Under the pieces are notes generated by a model, which was not told the DNA's origin, ran no database searches, and was given only the letters and a program-made list of their open reading frames with translations. Positions 59,536 to 64,000 of a stretch of DNA of 64,000 nt are shown here, piece after piece (the stretch's first letter is position 1; each line of letters opens with the position of its first letter). The stretch comes from a virus, in the IMG/VR virus record IMGVR_UViG_3300048838_001273, positions 14,902 to 78,901 of that record; one strand, written 5' to 3'. The translations under genes were made by a program, and so were the position numbers.

Positions 59536-60302
59536 AACCTAACCTTATTTAAATCAACAACAACCACGCCCTTTTGTGTAACAACCCATGCTGAACACTT
59601 ATTGGCAAATTTGATTGCACTGCGAATATCGTTATTTTTTATATAATCTGCAACTAATCCGGCAAGAAAAGTATCACCAGCACCACTTAGGTCTCTTACA
59701 TCATGTTCTTCTTCAATTGGAAATACTTCATCGTGATTTAAAATAGCACCCTCTTTGCCTTTAGTTACTATAAGATTGCCGTTATAATAATTTCTTAAAT
59801 AATCTTCGTTCGCTTTAAATTCCTTATTATTAATCTTTATGAATTTAATATCATCACACCAGCCACCAAGTTCCTTTTTCGTATCAATAAATGTCAAAGG
59901 ATGATTATCGACTATCCACATAATATCATGCACATCCAAATAACCTTTATTATAATCACTGATTACAACAGCAGCATAATCATTAAAATTAATTTTTTCA
60001 CATTCCTCTTGGGTTATTTGATTAATACTATCATTTTCATCTATCCTTAATAACATCTGATTTGAGACCTCATCAACATACCGGGTCTTTGTAATACCAC
60101 TATTGGTTATAATATCACAATCAACACCAAGTGCAATGAGATTATTGTAAACATTCACTGCCATTCCACCATTATTAGTTGCTTTAATTGGTTTAAAAAC
60201 TGGAACTGGTGCTTCTGGACTTAACCTTTCACACTTACCGTATTGAAATACGTCCTTACAACCATCACCTATTACCAGAACCTTTGTCTTCCCTTGTGTC
60301 AT
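59532..60302 (-). CDS. PfkB-family heptose-7-phosphate kinase (RfaE/HldE domain I, HldA-like)
   Basis: LVIGD..D..YG..RLSPEAPVPV, GGMA.NV, ISDYNKG, DLSGAGDTF. Confidence 0.85.
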   Translation of the reverse strand: MTQGKTKVLVIGDGCKDVFQYGKCERLSPEAPVPVFKPIKATNNGGMAVNVYNNLIALGVDCDIITNSGITKTRYVDEVSNQMLLRIDENDSINQITQEECEKINFNDYAAVVISDYNKGYLDVHDIMWIVDNHPLTFIDTKKELGGWCDDIKFIKINNKEFKANEDYLRNYYNGNLIVTKGKEGAILNHDEVFPIEEEHDVRDLSGAGDTFLAGLVADYIKNNDIRSAIKFANKCSAWVVTQKGVVVVDLNKVRL

Positions 60303-60441
60303 AAATCATTAAATAACAGCCGTCACATAACTGACCTGCGCCTTCCACGTAATTTTTTCTTTCATCAATATGTAAATCGATGGGTACATTTGTTTCTTTT
60401 CCACAATTAATACATTTTTCGGTTTTAATTTCCCTTTCCAT
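60265..60441 (-). CDS. Small zinc-ribbon protein (58 aa)
   Basis: Translated by hand: MEREIKTEKCINCGKET..YVEGAGQLCDGCY..; fills the gap between wecB and the kinase gene. Confidence 0.65.
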   Translation of the reverse strand: MEREIKTEKCINCGKETNVPIDLHIDERKNYVEGAGQLCDGCYLMIYDTREDKGSGNR

Positions 60442-61449
60442 TTAAATTTTTTTTAAAATTTCTATTATTTTTTCTGCCGAATGCCCATCACCGAATGGAC
60501 ATTCATAATTAATCTCAGAATTCAATATATTTTTATTAAATAATTCAAATAAATCATTTGGGTTTTCAACCATAATCGTACTTTGTCCAATTGCTTCAGG
60601 TCTTTCGGTTACTTTTCGACATGTTAAACATTTTTTATTAAAAAAACTACATTCTTCTTGTAAACCACCACTATCAGTAATTACCATTTTTGTTTTAATT
60701 AATAAATTCAAAAGTTCCTCATGTGACATGGGTTCAACAATTTTCACATTTTTTAACAAATCTCTGTGCTTTTGTACATTAGGATTTGGGTGAAGCGGTA
60801 TTATAAAATCTAAATCCATGTGAAGTTCAGCAAGTCTGTCTATTTCCTTAAACCACCTATCCATCCAATAATGATTTTCCCTACGATGCATCGTCACTAA
60901 TACTTTATTTGTATATTCACACTTATCTTTATATTGTAAGAGATTATCCAAAACAGTATTTCCAACAACATACTTATCGCCCAATATTTTTTCGTTTATT
61001 AGGTTTTGCATGGATAATTCAGTGGGACATAAATGAATATCTGTGATTTGAGAAACAAGTCTTCGGTTTTGTTCTTCAGGATATGGATTTTGATTATCAT
61101 ATGTGCGTAATCCTGCTTCTAAATGAATTACCTTGATTCCGTGATGAAATGCAGATAATGCAACCGCAAGTACTGATGTGGTATCACCTTGAACCAATAC
61201 ATGTGTTATTTCATCCCACATCGTTGTTCTATCACATGTGTTTAGTATTGCAGAAACAATATTATTCAATCTATTTCCATTGCCAAACTCTAATAAATTA
61301 ATGCCATAATCTGCTTGTTTCTCCTTTACCAAATCCATATGTTGACCAGTAAATAAAGTTCTATATGGAAAACCTTCCTTATTAAAAACATCAATAAGGG
61401 GTTTAATTTTAATCCATTCTGGTCGTGTGCCGTATGCTAATAGTATCAT
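60442..61449 (-). CDS. wecB: UDP-N-acetylglucosamine 2-epimerase
   Basis: GTRPE.IK, TGQH, VQGDT, HLEAGLRT, PEE.NR, HRREN, TDSGGLQEE, TERPE, PFGDG. Confidence 0.92.
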   Translation of the reverse strand: MILLAYGTRPEWIKIKPLIDVFNKEGFPYRTLFTGQHMDLVKEKQADYGINLLEFGNGNRLNNIVSAILNTCDRTTMWDEITHVLVQGDTTSVLAVALSAFHHGIKVIHLEAGLRTYDNQNPYPEEQNRRLVSQITDIHLCPTELSMQNLINEKILGDKYVVGNTVLDNLLQYKDKCEYTNKVLVTMHRRENHYWMDRWFKEIDRLAELHMDLDFIIPLHPNPNVQKHRDLLKNVKIVEPMSHEELLNLLIKTKMVITDSGGLQEECSFFNKKCLTCRKVTERPEAIGQSTIMVENPNDLFELFNKNILNSEINYECPFGDGHSAEKIIEILKKI

Positions 61450-62015
61450 TATTCTACGTTCCTTTCATATAAATAAAATTTGGCTGAAGTTTCCAAATCA
61501 TTATCAATTACTTCAACCAATTTAAAATCAACATTTTCATTAATCCATTCAGTAAATTTTCTATGTTTAATATAGTTACCTGCATCGTGGTTGTTATTTT
61601 TATGATTAGATGAAAATATTAATACAAATTTTTTTGATTTTTCAAATAAACACAATAAATATTTTTCAAATTCCTTTTCATCAATAATATGATATAAAAC
61701 ATCAAGCGAAAGACACAAATCTGCTTTAGGTAAGTCTGACATTAAAGAACAAAAGTGCATTTTTGTATTTCCGCTAAATTTTTTTTGACATAAAAATAAG
61801 GCATATGATGCAACATCATAACCCATATATGATTCATATCCATTTAAAAGACTAATTTGATTACCATCACCGCACCCAAAATCTGATATTGTTTTAATGT
61901 CGTACTTACTAACGTAATTATTAATTACTTCTGCTTTATGTATGGCGTATTCACCATATGAACCAGCACCGGAATTGCCACCCGCAATATATCTTTCTTC
62001 CCAAAAATTATTCAT
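61449..62015 (-). CDS. Class I SAM-dependent methyltransferase
   Basis: WEERY..GGNSG.GS, DFGCGDG, SLDVLYH. Confidence 0.8.
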   Translation of the reverse strand: MNNFWEERYIAGGNSGAGSYGEYAIHKAEVINNYVSKYDIKTISDFGCGDGNQISLLNGYESYMGYDVASYALFLCQKKFSGNTKMHFCSLMSDLPKADLCLSLDVLYHIIDEKEFEKYLLCLFEKSKKFVLIFSSNHKNNNHDAGNYIKHRKFTEWINENVDFKLVEVIDNDLETSAKFYLYERNVE

Positions 62016-62601
62016 CTTTTTTTAATATTAAATAAATAATATTTAAATTTTCATAGTTCTTATTGGGGTATATTGAATTTTTTCCATTTAATGTGTTGAT
62101 TGCTGATTTACATTCTACACCAACAATTTTTTCGATTTCTTTCATGTTAACTCTTGGGTAATCAAATGTAAGTATAAAATAACCACCATTTTTAACTTGT
62201 TTAAATAAATTTTCGATTGATTGTATTCTTTTTGTTTCATCACTCAAGTGTTCAATTACTGAAACATTTAAAACAAAATCAAATGAATTTTCAAATTCTT
62301 TATTTTCTGTTGTGATATCATAATAAAATGTTGGTCTTTCTATTGAATGAATTATATCTGAATGTACACAATCACCAATCAAATCTAATTCATCTCTAAA
62401 TATGATATGAACACCCTCAAATCCCCACGATGAATTATGTATTTTTGGTTTTATTTCGTTTTTAAGTGTATTCTCTTTTATAAAATTTAAAACATATGTA
62501 TATTCATAAATTCTCGACCAAGCATTATTTTTTGCAAATTTTAAATCATATATATCGCTAACGTCCGTAAATCTAAAATCGATTACTTTAAAATTCTTCA
62601 T
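62008..62601 (-). CDS. Methyltransferase-like protein
   Basis: WSR.YEY, FDFV..VSVIEHL, VK.GG..ILTFD; motif I degenerate. Confidence 0.6.
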   Translation of the reverse strand: MKNFKVIDFRFTDVSDIYDLKFAKNNAWSRIYEYTYVLNFIKENTLKNEIKPKIHNSSWGFEGVHIIFRDELDLIGDCVHSDIIHSIERPTFYYDITTENKEFENSFDFVLNVSVIEHLSDETKRIQSIENLFKQVKNGGYFILTFDYPRVNMKEIEKIVGVECKSAINTLNGKNSIYPNKNYENLNIIYLILKKDE

Positions 62602-62608
62602 AACTGTT

Positions 62609-63289
62609 TTATTTAAATGTACTTAAATATATTTTATCTATTTCAATAAAGGGGTTGTTGCCGTATATTGTTTTACTATTTGTTTCAATTGCTTTCAGCC
62701 ATAAACTATTCCTCATTATTGAATATGTTAAAATTTTTTGCTCAAATAACAAACAACCTATGTACGGGTCTACCATATTTTTTATTTTAAGACTACTTAA
62801 CTCTAAATTAAAGGTTTTTTTAAAAAAACAAGATGTACCTGTTCCGGGTATCATTACCAATTTATTTTCTTTTAATTCTGATGTGAAATGATATGATTTT
62901 CTACCAAAAACTCCACGTGTTGAGTGAATTTCTTCTTTTTTTCTTAAATCAATGTTTGACCCATGAACACAGCAGACAGCATTATTATCGTAAATCAACA
63001 TATTTTCAATTAATTTATCCGAATAATCTTCAGGGTAAATTATATCATCATCGATAGTGAAAAAATAATCATCATCATTAATGTCATTATAGTTGGTAAA
63101 CTTAACTTCAGCACCAGCATTATCGAACCTATTTATTATTATTTTTTCATTTTTTAATATATTAGGTATTTCATCGTAATTAACTAAATTTACATATAAA
63201 ATGTCTGCCTGATTTAATATTATTGGTAATATTAAATTTAAATTATTTCTTCGTTCAAATAATGTAGCTAAACTAAAAATTTTTCTCAT
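62609..63289 (-). CDS. GT-A fold glycosyltransferase
   Basis: SLAT..R, FTIDDDIIYP.DY, PGTG. Confidence 0.7.
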   Translation of the reverse strand: MRKIFSLATLFERRNNLNLILPIILNQADILYVNLVNYDEIPNILKNEKIIINRFDNAGAEVKFTNYNDINDDDYFFTIDDDIIYPEDYSDKLIENMLIYDNNAVCCVHGSNIDLRKKEEIHSTRGVFGRKSYHFTSELKENKLVMIPGTGTSCFFKKTFNLELSSLKIKNMVDPYIGCLLFEQKILTYSIMRNSLWLKAIETNSKTIYGNNPFIEIDKIYLSTFK

Positions 63290-63999
63290 TTTCTTATATT
63301 ATTTACTGTTTGCCAACCATTATCGATACAATGAATACATATTTTGTCTCTATCCTCTGTATGTCCTCCTTTTAACCAAGAAGCACTTGGGTCATTTCCA
63401 TATTCGAATCCTAATTTAAAATCCGAACTCCATAAATTTTTATTATTTTCAGGATGTGGTGGAACAAACGTATTTATGTTGCCATATTTCTGAGCCAAAT
63501 ATGAAAACATAATATCCTCACCATTATCCCAACTATACGGTTTTTCAAACCACAAATATTTTGCCCATTCTTGTCTAAAAAACCAAGCATGTCCAACCAA
63601 ATCAACACGTTGTGTTTGATTCAAATGTAAACCATTCCATCCAACCTTAGTAAATGGCTTATACGATTTACCATGTAAAACTACACCACTTCCACCAAGA
63701 ATGCCATTTGTTTCTCGTGTTTCTATAGTTTCAAGACAATTTTTTAACCAATCTTTTTGAGGTATTGTGTCGTCATCAAACATTGCAATATATTCTGTTT
63801 TCAATAAAAGTGGAACGGTAAATCTACCAAAAAATTTAGTGTTCCAACTACATTCATAAGTATTAATATTATCATCATCCGGTAAAAATTGTTCAACCTC
63901 TGAACTATTATACCATATATGAATATCTTCACTATTGATTTTAATTGATTGATTCTTTATTGCATCAATTTGTTTTTCAAGAGTATATGGTCTTTTATA
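63286..63999 (-). CDS. GT2-like glycosyltransferase (5' end outside the window)
   Basis: Frame stays open to the window end (YKRPYTLEKQIDAIKNQS); MFDDDTIP DxD motif, GEDI..S. Confidence 0.72.
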   Translation of the reverse strand, partial: YKRPYTLEKQIDAIKNQSIKINSEDIHIWYNSSEVEQFLPDDDNINTYECSWNTKFFGRFTVPLLLKTEYIAMFDDDTIPQKDWLKNCLETIETRETNGILGGSGVVLHGKSYKPFTKVGWNGLHLNQTQRVDLVGHAWFFRQEWAKYLWFEKPYSWDNGEDIMFSYLAQKYGNINTFVPPHPENNKNLWSSDFKLGFEYGNDPSASWLKGGHTEDRDKICIHCIDNGWQTVNNIRK

Positions 64000-64000
64000 T

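Noticed and set aside
326-62891. Plus-strand and nested short ORFs in the track
   Set aside because: They lie antisense to, or in alternative frames of, well-supported minus-strand genes and show no recognisable motifs
1-64000. Stop-codon recoding as in some large phages
   Set aside because: Long intact ORFs under code 11 with high coding density; TAG and TGA end genes at sensible positions (e.g. 29800, 55595, 48208)
57176-64000. Bacterial chromosomal LPS locus or prophage boundary
   Set aside because: Genes are co-oriented and contiguous with phage genes; no integrase, att site or host housekeeping genes seen

Overview
AT-rich, gene-dense fragment of a large T4-like (jumbo) tailed phage. 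Every credible gene is on the minus strand, in the standard genetic code. Host-type promoters (TTG-N19/20-TAnnTTTG) and A-rich leaders without Shine-Dalgarno sequences point to a Bacteroidota host. In transcription order (right to left) the window holds: a glycosylation/ADP-heptose locus (GT2s, methyltransferases, WecB, HldA/HldC/HldD-like); acidic putative head/internal proteins; a replication block (gp32-like SSB, UvsX/RecA, 5'-3' exonuclease, DnaB-like helicase); a ~1 kb non-coding RNA cluster followed by a Ro60/TROVE-sized helical+vWA protein and an ARPP-like protein; a ~27 kb cluster of modular Gly/Ser/Thr- and Cys-rich tail/fibre genes containing a GT9 glycosyltransferase and a frameshifted methyltransferase; an SNF2 helicase with a class 3 intein; a QueC-like gene; PolB; and late genes for Nudix, WYL and tandem-kinase proteins. 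The most striking feature is 43.2-44.2 kb. Four copies of a covarying RNA stem motif (GTKTTTWCAGTAA / AARWAC) each carry tRNA-derived cargo: one circularly permuted tRNA-Asn-like body, one tRNA with the motif inserted in its D-loop, and anticodon-like hairpins. They sit directly upstream of the vWA-ARPP gene pair, suggesting an undescribed Ro/Y-RNA-like tRNA-mimic ribonucleoprotein system. All family assignments are by visual motif recognition; no searches were run.
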